Part shown: positions 40,357 through 50,143 of the stretch, piece after piece
Layout: the number at the start of each line of letters is the position of its first letter
Position numbering within the stretch: position 1 is the stretch's first letter
Assembly (NCBI GenBank): GCA_963814315.1
Contig: CAWFCG010000001.1
Span: forward strand, 586,903-650,902
Source: an uncultured Chloroflexia bacterium
Lineage (GTDB): Bacteria > Chloroflexota > Limnocylindria > Limnocylindrales > CSP1-4
Length of the DNA stretch: 64,000 nt
Direction: 5' to 3'
Translations under genes and position numbers: made by a program
Notes under the pieces: generated by a model
What the model was told of the DNA's origin: nothing
What the model saw: only the letters and a program-made list of their open reading frames with translations
The model's database searches: none

Positions 40357-41676
40357 TCAGGCGATCTCACCCGGGGGCGCGGTGGCGGCCTCGGCCAAAC
40401 GGCCGGCCGGCAGCAGCTCGCGGTCGGCCGAGTCCTCCCAGACCGCATCCGACCAACGATAGGCCACGAAGGCCACGCTGCAGACGAGCAGGCCCGCCAA
40501 CGCGAAGGGCGTGACGGAGCCGTCGTATGCCGCGTCGATCAAGGCACCGATGATGGCACCGCCGAGCGTTGCGATGGCCCCGATGATCGCCGCCGCCGTG
40601 CCCGCGACACGACCCATCGGCATCATCGCGGCAGAGTTCAGGTTGGGCATCACGAATGAGTGCGTCACCAGGATGGGCAGCACCCCGACCAGGTACAGCC
40701 AGAACGGCGGATGCCCGCCGGTAGACAGCGCGATGACCACGAAGACCGTGGTCGCGGCAAGGTAGCCAGTCAGTGCGAAGCGCACCATCCGTCGCAGCCC
40801 GAAGCGGTCGATCAGCCTGGGATTGAAGAGCATCGCGGCACCCAGCATCAGCGACGCCCCACCGAAGACAAGAGGAAACCACGGCCCCAGGCCGAAGACG
40901 TCGTCGATGATCAGCTCGGTGGAGGCGAGGTACGAAGCGAAGAACCCGAAGACCGCCATCTGCGCGATGGTGAAGCCCATGGCGAAGCGGCTGCCGAGCA
41001 CCACGCGCGCGGCCGTCCACAGCCGGGAAGCTCTGAGGGGAAGGCGTCGTTCGGCGGGGAGCGTCTCCGGCAAGCGCCTGGCCCAGAGACCTGCGGCCAG
41101 CGCGGCGACCACGAAGAACGCGAAGATCCAGCGCCAGTCACCGATGGCGAGCACGGCCGCGCCCAACGATGGTGCCATCATCGGCACCAGCAGGAACACG
41201 GCCATGATGTACGAGAGCACCTTGGCCATCTGGTCACCGCGGTAGCGATCACGAATCGTGCCCTGGGTCATGATGCGGATGGCCGCGGCACCAAGACCAC
41301 CCACGAAACGCAGCAGCAGCAGGATGGTCAGCGACGGCGCCAGCGCCGCCCCCAGTGCCGCCAACGAATAGATGACGAGGCCCACCCAGAGGATGCGCTT
41401 GCGACCGAGCGCGTCGGACAACGGACCCCAGAGCAGTTGTCCCGAACCGAAACCCACCAGGAACACGGTGATGACCGGGGCGATGGCCGTCGAATCCGGC
41501 GCCAGGCCAAAGCTCGATCGCATCTCCGCGAAGGCCGGCAGCATCATGTCGATGGCCAGGGCCGTCAGAGCCATGAGCATGGAGATGAGCACGATGAATT
41601 CGCGCTTGCCCATCGGGTCGACCGACTCGTCGGCCACCGGCTTGTGGGCAGGGTGCCCGTGGCGGAGAGCGGTCAT
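40357..41676 (-). CDS. MFS transporter (Bcr/CflA drug:H+ antiporter-like)
   Basis: 12-TM profile. GRKRILWVGLVIYSLAALGAALAP MFS motif. Confidence 0.8.
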   Translation of the reverse strand: MTALRHGHPAHKPVADESVDPMGKREFIVLISMLMALTALAIDMMLPAFAEMRSSFGLAPDSTAIAPVITVFLVGFGSGQLLWGPLSDALGRKRILWVGLVIYSLAALGAALAPSLTILLLLRFVGGLGAAAIRIMTQGTIRDRYRGDQMAKVLSYIMAVFLLVPMMAPSLGAAVLAIGDWRWIFAFFVVAALAAGLWARRLPETLPAERRLPLRASRLWTAARVVLGSRFAMGFTIAQMAVFGFFASYLASTELIIDDVFGLGPWFPLVFGGASLMLGAAMLFNPRLIDRFGLRRMVRFALTGYLAATTVFVVIALSTGGHPPFWLYLVGVLPILVTHSFVMPNLNSAAMMPMGRVAGTAAAIIGAIATLGGAIIGALIDAAYDGSVTPFALAGLLVCSVAFVAYRWSDAVWEDSADRELLPAGRLAEAATAPPGEIA

Positions 41677-41700
41677 CGGCCGATGCTCAACAAACAGCCC

Positions 41701-42397
41701 TTAGCTCAGGTCGAGCGGTGTGCCGACCGAGCGCCGGGCAGCGCGGGCCACCCGCAGGAAGTTGGAGACGTGAGCGACCGGCCGAATGTGGCTGCCGGCA
41801 TCCTCATAGATGGTGGGGATGGGCACCCAATCGATGGCCAGGCCAGCCCGGATGGCGTCCGTGATCGATCTCCACCTCGAACTCGAAGCCGGGTTCCTTG
41901 CTCAAAAGCAGATGTCCCAGCAACGGCTGCCCGATGAGTCGATAGCCCGACTGGTTGTCATCGATGTGGCGACCGACGGCCCAGCTGAAGGTCCGCGTGC
42001 CGAGAACGTTGGCCACTCGGCGCGAGAGCGGCATCTGGCCAAAGTCACGGCGGCCGATGATCAGCGGCGCACGACTCGAACGCCACCGCGCCAGAAAGTC
42101 GGGAACGCAGGCTGGGTCGTGCTGGCCATCGGCATCGAGCGTCAGCACCGCCTCCGCACCTTCCGCGAGAGCGTGTCGGAACCCGTGTCGTAGCGCCGCG
42201 CCCTTGCCCTGGTTGGGCCGCTGCTGCAGCACCTCGGCTCCCGCAGCTTCGGCCACCGCGGCCGTGTCGTCTGTGGAGCCGTCATCGACCACCAGGACCG
42301 GCAGGTGCTCCGCCGTCGCGCGCACGACCGTATCGAGCGTCGCCGCCGCCTGGTAGGCAGGGATGACGGCGATGACACCGGGCGCTCGGGAACTCAT
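41701..42397 (-). CDS. family-2 glycosyltransferase (dolichyl-phosphate / polyprenol-phosphate glycosyltransferase-like), frameshifted near 41850
   Basis: VIAVIPAYQAAATL...LVVDDGSTDDT...LTLDADGQHDP. After FEFEVE the family-typical tail (ITDAIRAGLAIDWVPIPTIYEDAGSHIRPVAHVSNF...) is in the +1 frame. The true stop is TAA at 41701-41703. Confidence 0.6.
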
Positions 42398-42500
42398 ACC
42401 CCCATCGTAGGACGGAGGAAAGCATCAGACATCGGTCCACGACAATCTCTCGCGACGCACACCGGTCCATCGCGAGAGGCGGCCCGGATCGATCGACATC

Positions 42501-42617
42501 TCAACCAGGGTCGCGCCCTGACCCCACGACTGGTGTCTCCATGATGCGTTGAAGGTAGTCCTCGCGATCCGGATCGCCGAACAGGATGGTCAGGATGGCC
42601 AAGGTGTCACGGATCAC
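42501..42617 (-). pseudogene. VapC (PIN-domain toxin) remnant, 38 codons only
   Basis: GTG overlaps the antitoxin stop (GTGA). VIRDTLAILTILFGDPDREDYLQRIME matches a PIN/VapC N-terminus including the first catalytic Asp, then a premature TGA. Confidence 0.45.
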
Positions 42618-42886
42618 GATCCTTGCTCGTCGTAGCCGAGCCGCTCATCCTGCTCCGATCGCGTCAGCACATGGCCACGTGTCCCATCTGGCAGGCTCCG
42701 CCACACGGAGTCAGCGAGCCAGGCCCTGAGGGCACGCTCGCGGCTCGCGGTGGGGCTTGAGATCTCGAGTCTGGCCTTGCGTTCCTGTAGCGCCACGCGG
42801 ATGGCACCGGACCTGGATTCGCCGGTCATAGATTCGACTTCCCGGGCAAGTTGCTCCGTCCGCGGATCCTTGATGTCCAATGGCAT
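42614..42886 (-). CDS. type II antitoxin, VapB / Rv0623-like (PSK_trans_fac) family
   Basis: MPLDIKDPRTEQLAREVESMTGESRSGAIRVALQERKARLE resembles Rv0623-type antitoxins (MALNIKDPEV...). Confidence 0.6.
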   Translation of the reverse strand: MPLDIKDPRTEQLAREVESMTGESRSGAIRVALQERKARLEISSPTASRERALRAWLADSVWRSLPDGTRGHVLTRSEQDERLGYDEQGS

Positions 42887-42929
42887 GGTGCAACGATGCT
42901 CCGGATGGTGTAATGCCATCCCAGTGGGT

Positions 42930-44657
42930 CTAGTCGATCATGATCGCGTCGGGTGCAGGAACGCCGGTCGGCGTCGTCGCCCTGGAGGCCGGCAGCCGCC
43001 GGTTGAGCGCGAACTCACGCATGGCCGTGGCGCCTGAGAGGTTGTAGACCTCCTTGAAGCCATGCTGCGCGAGGATGCGAGTACCCAGATAGGATCGCAT
43101 CCCGGAGCGGCACGCCACGATCGTCGGCTTCGAGGGATCAAGCTCATCGAGCCGGTCGCGAAGCTGGTCAAGCGGGATGTTGATGATGTCGTCACAGTCG
43201 GCCAGTGGCAGCGCCGCGACCTCGAACGGCTCACGCACATCCACCGTCTGGTACGGGCACAGGTCGATGTCGGGCTGCACCACCCGGGCAAGGCCGGCCA
43301 GATGGTTCTCCGCCGCGAATGCTGCCATGTGCAGCGAATCTTTGGCCGAGCCGAATGGTGGCGCATAGGCGAGGTCGAGCTCGGCGAGGTCGTGAACGTC
43401 GCCGCCGAAGTGGGTCAACGTGGCGATGATGTCCAGGCGCTTGTCGACGCCGTCACCACCGCAGGCCTGGACACCGAGGACCTTGCCAGTGCCCTCCTCG
43501 AAGGTGAGCTTCAGGGCCATGGCCTGGGCGCCCGGGTAGTAACCGGCGTGATGGTTGGCGATGACGTGGACGGCAGTGGCATCGAAGCCGGCGTCGCGCG
43601 CCGCTCGCAACGAGAGGCCGGTGATACCGGCGGTGGTGCCGAAGACGCGCACGATGGACGTGCCCCAGACCGACGGCGCCGGACGCGACGAGCCCGTAGC
43701 CGCGTGCTCACCGGCCAGCCGCCCGCTGCGGTTGGCAGGACCGGCGAGCGGCACGCGCATCTTGGCACCGGTGCTGCCGAATGTATATTCGGCCGCGTCA
43801 CCGACCGCATAGATGTCCGGGTCGTTGGTGCGCATGAAGTCGTCGGTGGCGATGCCACGACCGGCACCGAGCACCAATCCGGCATCCTCAGCCAGCTTGA
43901 CGTTGGGCCGGACACCGACCCCCAGCAGGATCAGGTCGGCAGGCAGACGTGTGCCGTCGGCCAGCACCGCAGCCACGGCCCGACCGTCGCGCTCCTCGAT
44001 CCAGGCGATGCCGTTGCCGAGCTCCAGGCGCACGCCGTTGTACTCCAGCTGGCGGTGCAGCGGCTCGACCATCTCACGGTCCAGGAAGGGCATGACCTGC
44101 GGCTGCATCTCGACCAGGGCCACATCAAGCCCCTTGCGCCGGAACTGCTCGACCGTCTCAAGGCCCACGTAGCCGCCGCCGATAACGACCACCTGACGAG
44201 CCTCGGGCATGGCCGCGGCGATGCGGTCGCAGTCCTCCAGGTTGCGCAGGGTGAAGACACCATCCGCGTCGGCACCCGGGATCGGCGGCACCAAAGGGTC
44301 GGCACCCGGAGCCAGGATCAGCTTGTCGTAAACCTCGCTGTAGGTGCGGCCGCCGTCCAGATCGGAGACGCTGATGGTCTTGGCCGCACGGTCGATGGAC
44401 ACCACCTCATGGCGCGTGCGCACCTCGATATGGAAGCGGCGCTTGAACAGCTCCGGCTTGGCGACCAGCAACTTGTCGCGGTCGCTGATCTCGCCACCAA
44501 GGTAGTACGGGAGACCGCAGTTGGCGAAGGAGACATAGGAATCGCGCTCGAAGATGATGATGCGCGCGTCCTCATTCATGCGGCGAGCGCGGGCGGCAGC
44601 GGAAGCGCCACCAGCCACGCCACCGACGATGAGGATGGTCGGGGCAGAGTCGGTCAC
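42930..44657 (-). CDS. CoA-disulfide reductase / NADH oxidase-type pyridine-nucleotide disulfide oxidoreductase fused to a C-terminal rhodanese domain
   Basis: ILIVGGVAGGASAA, redox Cys in SFANCGLPY, a second FAD/NAD site, and a C-terminal rhodanese Cys loop IVACRSGMRS. Confidence 0.8.
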   Translation of the reverse strand: MTDSAPTILIVGGVAGGASAAARARRMNEDARIIIFERDSYVSFANCGLPYYLGGEISDRDKLLVAKPELFKRRFHIEVRTRHEVVSIDRAAKTISVSDLDGGRTYSEVYDKLILAPGADPLVPPIPGADADGVFTLRNLEDCDRIAAAMPEARQVVVIGGGYVGLETVEQFRRKGLDVALVEMQPQVMPFLDREMVEPLHRQLEYNGVRLELGNGIAWIEERDGRAVAAVLADGTRLPADLILLGVGVRPNVKLAEDAGLVLGAGRGIATDDFMRTNDPDIYAVGDAAEYTFGSTGAKMRVPLAGPANRSGRLAGEHAATGSSRPAPSVWGTSIVRVFGTTAGITGLSLRAARDAGFDATAVHVIANHHAGYYPGAQAMALKLTFEEGTGKVLGVQACGGDGVDKRLDIIATLTHFGGDVHDLAELDLAYAPPFGSAKDSLHMAAFAAENHLAGLARVVQPDIDLCPYQTVDVREPFEVAALPLADCDDIINIPLDQLRDRLDELDPSKPTIVACRSGMRSYLGTRILAQHGFKEVYNLSGATAMREFALNRRLPASRATTPTGVPAPDAIMID

Positions 44658-45173
44658 AGTTCGGTCTCCGGTTCGGAGTGGGCTCGGTTGTCACCGTTGA
44701 TACTGGGTCTCAGAACTCCGGCTGACATCGGCCGCGGGTCCCCGATTCGGTGAGCCATGCGGACCCTTGCTACCGACGGACATCGACAAGCGGGTGCTGT
44801 GGGAGCGTGGTGACCATCTACCGGCTCGGCGAGCACGGCCTGGACATCACCGTCGAGCCGCGGGGCGGCGCCTACGATCGCAACGAGTGGACCAACGCCC
44901 GCCTGCGACGCGCCGGCACCGCCCGCACAGGTTCTGCCTGCCAGCGTCCCCTCGCTCTGTGGTGCGTTGAGGCCAGCTTCGTGCGCCTGCACCCACCCCG
45001 TCGTCGCCAGGCTCCACGACGGGTCGAACTCACCGATGTCGATCGTGACGACCACGAGATCAAGGGTCGGTCGCTGCCACCTGACCCTCCATTGGACTCG
45101 TCCCTATCAGGCATCATACGCAAATGCACAGCAGTCCAGCGACCATTCGAGCCGTGCCGCGACGAGTGATGTA

Positions 45174-45758
45174 ATGGAGATCGGCACCGTCGTCTTCGTC
45201 TACGGGGTCTTTGCCCTCATCGGGATCGTGGCCCTCTTCTGGCTGGGCCTGATGTTCGTCGCCTCACGCCTGTCCGAGTCGGTCGACCAAAGCTTCAGGC
45301 GACTCTGTCGGCGACTCAGCCCGTTGGCCATCACCGGCGCCTGGGCGGCAGCCACGCTGGCGATGGCCGGAAGTCTCTACTTCAGCGAGATCGCGCACTA
45401 CACGCCGTGCACGCTGTGCTGGTACCAGCGCATCGCGATGTACCCGTTGGTGCTGATCCTCGCCATCGCCGCGATCCGCAAGGACATCGGCATCCGGCGC
45501 TACGCCGTGCCACTGGCCGCAGTTGGCGCGGTCATCTCCGGTTACCACTACCTGCTGGAGTGGTTCCCCCAGATCGACACCGGTGCCTGCACGGTGGGCA
45601 TACCGTGTACACAAGTGTGGTTCCGTGAGTTCGGCTTCGTGAGCCTGCCGCTGCTGGCGCTGGTGGCGTTCGGCCTGGTCATCGCGATGCTGCTCATCCC
45701 GCCGCGCGAGCCCGCTCCTGATGAGACCGCCGCCGAGGACGAGGCGCCAGCAGGCTGA
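45174..45758 (+). CDS. disulfide bond formation protein B (DsbB/BdbC family)
   Basis: Four TM helices with CTLCWYQR and C..C loop pairs. Confidence 0.7.
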   Translation: MEIGTVVFVYGVFALIGIVALFWLGLMFVASRLSESVDQSFRRLCRRLSPLAITGAWAAATLAMAGSLYFSEIAHYTPCTLCWYQRIAMYPLVLILAIAAIRKDIGIRRYAVPLAAVGAVISGYHYLLEWFPQIDTGACTVGIPCTQVWFREFGFVSLPLLALVAFGLVIAMLLIPPREPAPDETAAEDEAPAG

Positions 45759-46700
45759 CTATCTCACCACGGCCTCCACGACCGCGGAGGCGATGGCGAT
45801 GTCCTGGACGGCCACGCCGGTCGAATCGAAAACGGTGATCTGCTCGGCTGACGTTCGCCCCCTGGCCTCCCCTGCCAGCAGCGTCCCCAGCTCGACGGCC
45901 TTGTCCGAGCCGATCGCCCCAGTGGCCAAGGCGCGTGCGATCTCGCCACGCGTGCGGGACTGCTGCAGGCTGTCGGCCACGACCACGTCCGCCAGCGTCA
46001 GCACGTCGGCAGCCAGTTCCTGTTTCTCGGCCGTGTCCGAGCCGATGGCATTGATGTGTGTGCCGGAGTGGATGTCGGACGCATGCAGCAGCGGCTCGGT
46101 CGAGGGCGTGGTGGTCACGATGAGGTCGGCAGCCTGTGCGACGCCGGTCGGCGAGTGCGCCACCTCCACCAGGAAGCCGGCGGTCGTCATGTCGGTGCGG
46201 TAGCGCTCGACCCGCACTGGATCCCGGCCCCAGACGATCAGCGAGCGCGTAGCGAACAGCGGCGCCAGATGCTGCACCTGCAGTCGAGCCTGCGTTCCCG
46301 TGCCCAGCACGCCGATGCGCTCCACGTCGGTGCGCGCCAGAGCCTTGGCACCGATGGCACCAGCCACGGCCGTTCGCACATCCGTTAGCCAGCCTTCGTC
46401 AAAGAGCAGGGCCTCCGGCTCTCCAGTGTCCGAGCGGAAGACCAGCATCAGGCCGTTGCTCGAGGGCAACCCGCGCGTGGCGTTGCCGTAGAAGCCCGAG
46501 GCGATCTTGATGACGTAGTGGCAGTCGCCGCGGATGGCACCGTACTTGATGTGGACCTCGCCATCGTCCAGCAGCAACTCCCCCAAAGGCGGCACGATGG
46601 CGCGCCCGGCTGAATAGTCGCGAAAGGCCCCCTCGATCAGCGGTAGCAGATCAACGCCCGCTAGCGTCTTTTCGATCTCGGCCCGATCGATGATCCTCAT
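45759..46700 (-). CDS. ornithine cyclodeaminase / mu-crystallin family enzyme
   Basis: 313 aa. IGVLGTGTQARLQ Rossmann motif. OCD-family length and motifs. Confidence 0.8.
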   Translation of the reverse strand: MRIIDRAEIEKTLAGVDLLPLIEGAFRDYSAGRAIVPPLGELLLDDGEVHIKYGAIRGDCHYVIKIASGFYGNATRGLPSSNGLMLVFRSDTGEPEALLFDEGWLTDVRTAVAGAIGAKALARTDVERIGVLGTGTQARLQVQHLAPLFATRSLIVWGRDPVRVERYRTDMTTAGFLVEVAHSPTGVAQAADLIVTTTPSTEPLLHASDIHSGTHINAIGSDTAEKQELAADVLTLADVVVADSLQQSRTRGEIARALATGAIGSDKAVELGTLLAGEARGRTSAEQITVFDSTGVAVQDIAIASAVVEAVVR

Positions 46701-47650
46701 GCGATGACCCGCCGCAGCTTGCCCAGGCCGACGTTGCCACCACAGAGGATGACGGCCGTAGTGCCATCGACCGCCGTCGCGGCAGAGCGAGCCGCCGCAT
46801 AGGCCATGGCGGCCGAGCCCTCCACAAGTTGGTGCTCGATCTCGATGAGGTCGAGGAACGCCCTACGGATGTCGCCTTCCTCCACCGTCACGAAGTCATC
46901 CAGCAGCCCGGCCAGGATGTCGAAGGTGATGGCCTCAACCTCCACACCGCCGGCGGTGCCATCGCTCAAGGTGGGCTCGGATGGCAGGTCCAGGATTCGA
47001 CCGGCGCGGAGCGAGTGGTACATCACGGCCGACGCGGCAGGCGAACAGCCGATGATGCGAGTCGTCGGCGAGAGCGCTTTGATGACCCCCGCCACGCCCG
47101 AGGCCAGCCCGCCACCACCGACCGCCACGTAGACAGCAGCAAGGTCGTCGACCTGCTCGAGAAGCTCCAACCCCAGCGTGCCCTGCCCACCGATGACCTG
47201 CCGGTCGTTGTAGGGCGAGATGTAGGTCATGCCGCGCTCGGCCGCCAACGCCCGCGCCGCCGTCTCACTATCGACGCTATCTGAGCCGCGGACCTGGATG
47301 TGGCCGCCCAGCCGCTCGATGGCCGCGAGCTTGGCAGGGCTGGCGTTGTCGGGCACGACCACCAGCGCATCGGCACCGACGATCTTCGCCGCGTAGGCAA
47401 CCGCGGCCCCATGGTTGCCGGTCGAAGCGGTGACGATGCCGCGGTCCATCTCATCTGAGGAGAGCGAGAGCACCTTGCTGAGTGCCCCGCGCGCCTTGAA
47501 GGAGCCTGTGTGCTGCAGGTTCTCGCACTTGAGCACGACCTGCGAACCGATCTCCACGGTCAGTCCGACCGCAGGCACGACCGGGGTCGTCAGCAGGTGC
47601 GGTCGGATCCGAGCCTCGGCAGCCCGGACGTCGGCCGCGACATCGATCAC
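46697..47650 (-). CDS. threonine/serine dehydratase-like fold-type II PLP enzyme
   Basis: GTG start overlaps the aminotransferase stop (GTGA). LKCENLQHTGSFKARGA PLP-lysine motif. GGGGL glycine loop. Confidence 0.75.
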   Translation of the reverse strand: MIDVAADVRAAEARIRPHLLTTPVVPAVGLTVEIGSQVVLKCENLQHTGSFKARGALSKVLSLSSDEMDRGIVTASTGNHGAAVAYAAKIVGADALVVVPDNASPAKLAAIERLGGHIQVRGSDSVDSETAARALAAERGMTYISPYNDRQVIGGQGTLGLELLEQVDDLAAVYVAVGGGGLASGVAGVIKALSPTTRIIGCSPAASAVMYHSLRAGRILDLPSEPTLSDGTAGGVEVEAITFDILAGLLDDFVTVEEGDIRRAFLDLIEIEHQLVEGSAAMAYAAARSAATAVDGTTAVILCGGNVGLGKLRRVIA

Positions 47651-48781
47651 TTGCGCAGTTCGAGCACCGACTGGTGGATGCGCTCCAGTCCATCGAGCAG
47701 CTGCGGCTCGGGCACCGCGAACGACAGTCGGATGTGGTGCTCCAGGCCGAAGTGGTCGCCGGGCACGATGAGCACGCTGCGCTCGTCTCGGAGCTGCTCC
47801 ATCCACTCGGTCGAGCTGATGGGCAGGTCGTACTTGAGGAAGGTGATAGCCGCGGCATCAGGCGGGGTGCCGGTGAAGACGCCGTCCTGCTCACTGAGCC
47901 ACTCGCCCAGCAGGCCGTAGCCACCCTTCAGCAGCATCCTCGTCCGCGCCAGGATCTGCGGGCGCACCTTGGGAGACAGCGCTGTGGCGGTGAGATGGTT
48001 GGACAGCATGGTGGTAGCGATGGTGATGTACTCGTGGCGGCGCCACATGTCCGCCACCGCCCCCGCCGGACCCACCGTCCAGCCCACGCGCAGTCCGGGC
48101 AGCCCGTAGGCCTTGCTCATCGAGCCCTGCGCCAGCACCTTGTCGTAGCGTCCGTAGAACGAGGGCGTCTCCTCATCTCGGTCGCGCTCGGCACCGCGGT
48201 AGACCTCGTCGGCCAGCAACCATGCGCCCGAGCGCTGGGCTGCCGCCACCACCGCGTCCATCTCCGCCTCGCTCATGATGCGGCCGGTGGGGTTGTTGGG
48301 GTTGACCACGCAGATCATCTTCGTGTCCGCGCTCGCCGCCACTTCGAGGGCGGCTGTATCCAGTGCCCAGTCGCGATCTACGTCAAGGTAGACCTCCTTG
48401 ACACAGCAACCTCGGTTCCTGGCCACACCCCAGACCTGCATGTAGTTGGGCAGCACGATGACGACCTCATCGCCCGGCTCGGTGAAGGTATTGATGGCGA
48501 GGTAATTGGCCTCGGCCGCACCGACCGTGACCAGCACATCGTTGGTGGTGGCTCCGGGATACATCGCCGCGATGGCCTCTCGCAGCTCGACGGTTCCGTT
48601 GGCCTGCGGATAGGACATGCCCATGTCCGCCAGGTCGCCAGCCTCGCGCCCGTCCATGGCCAGCAGCTCGCCCAGTGTCATGGGGTGCACGCCACTCTCG
48701 GACAGGTTGATGTCCACGGCGTTCTCCCACTCGGACATCATCTGTTCCATCACGAATGGCTGGAAGGGCATGGCAGGACTC
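47647..48781 (-). CDS. class I/II (fold-type I) PLP-dependent aminotransferase
   Basis: AGGAG 8 nt upstream of ATG 48779-48781. MPFQPFVMEQ... . SMSKAYGLPGLRVGW PLP-Lys motif. Confidence 0.8.
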
Positions 48782-48803
48782 CTGTAACGGGTGGTCGGCG
48801 TGC

Positions 48804-50029
48804 TCAGTCTAGGGCCCGCGCCGGATGCGGCGTGGTGATGACCCTGACCGTCAAGAGACCCACCACCACTGCTCCGGTCAGGAAGATCGGTTGCGGTGTA
48901 AGTGGCGTCAGCAGCACTAGCATGATCGCCACCGGTGTGAGCGCCAGGCGCACGCGCGACATCGGCCGCGGCAGGTCGTGAAGCACCCACACACCGGCCA
49001 GGTAGATCGCGACCGGGATGGCCACCGTGGCGCCCGCGAGCGTCATGTCGACGTGGGCGTGGTCCGTGAGGACGTCGACGCCCGCGGCGATCCCAGCTCC
49101 CACCGCGGCCGCCGCGATCCAGATGAAGTAGTGACCGTAGCCCCACTCGAAGGCGCGTCCCCGGGACGTGAGCAGATCGTTGCTGGAGCGCTCGAAGTAC
49201 AGCCACCACATGGCGAACACCAGCAGCAGCGCACCCAAGGCCAGGAAGAGAAGCTCAAGATCGGAGAAGGCGTCCTCGGTGATCGAGCCGAATGCCGTGG
49301 CTCCCGCCAGCACCAATTCACCCAGCACGATGATGGTGAGCAGCCCATAGCGTTCAGCGATGTGGTCGGCATGCCAGCGCGTCGGCAGGTCGTGCGTGGC
49401 GATGATCGGAACTGCCAACTCCCCCGCGACCAGAACCAGGAACGCCACGGGGAACAGGTCTGTGGGGATGAAGAGGAAGGCGATGACCCAGATCACCTGC
49501 ATGATCGCGATGCCCGTCGCCCAGCGGATGTTCTGTCGACGGTGTAGAGGATCGTTGCGGGCAGCGCGCAACCACTGCCCCACTTGTGAGATGCGCATGA
49601 CGATGTATCCGAGCAGGACCAGCGACCAGTCGCCAGCATCGAAGGCACGGCTGATCCCCGCCGCCATGATGATGGCGCCAGCCATCTGCGCGAAGACCGC
49701 GATGCGATAGGGCACGTCGTCGGTGTCGTATCCCGCGGCGAACCAGGTGAAGCTCATCCACGCCCACCAGATAGCGAAGAAGGTGAGGATGTAGCCGAGG
49801 ATGCCATCGACGATATGGTCGTCCGCGAGCGCGTGGTGCAGCGATGACGCCGCTGCTGCGATGGCGACCACGATGACCAGGTCGAAGAACAGCTCCAGTG
49901 GCGTGGATGCTCGGTTCTCCTCATCAGGCTCCCGGCCGCGCATCGGGACCGGCCAGCGCTTGACCTCGCTCATGGCGGGGAACGGAATCAGGCCGGTCAG
50001 TCCAGCGGGTCGGCGCGATTGGGACATGG
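48804..50029 (-). CDS. LtrA (low-temperature-requirement A) family integral membrane protein
   Basis: PLELFFDLVIVVAI... opening typical of LtrA. About 10 TM segments. The start is uncertain (49973 or 50029). Confidence 0.6.
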
Positions 50030-50143
50030 GATCGCTGGCCCGTTGGCGGACAGGGTCGCTGTCCGCCGTCACGCGCGGACCCTCGATGGGTGAAGTTATC
50101 GAAACCTTCGCCCGGTCCAGACCTGACATGTCGGTATGGTCGG

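Noticed and set aside
44750-45169. 139-aa ORF in the CoADR / DsbB intergenic region
   Set aside because: No recognisable motifs and no SD. Composition borderline. Cannot be supported from sequence alone, though the 515-bp spacer may hold regulatory elements.
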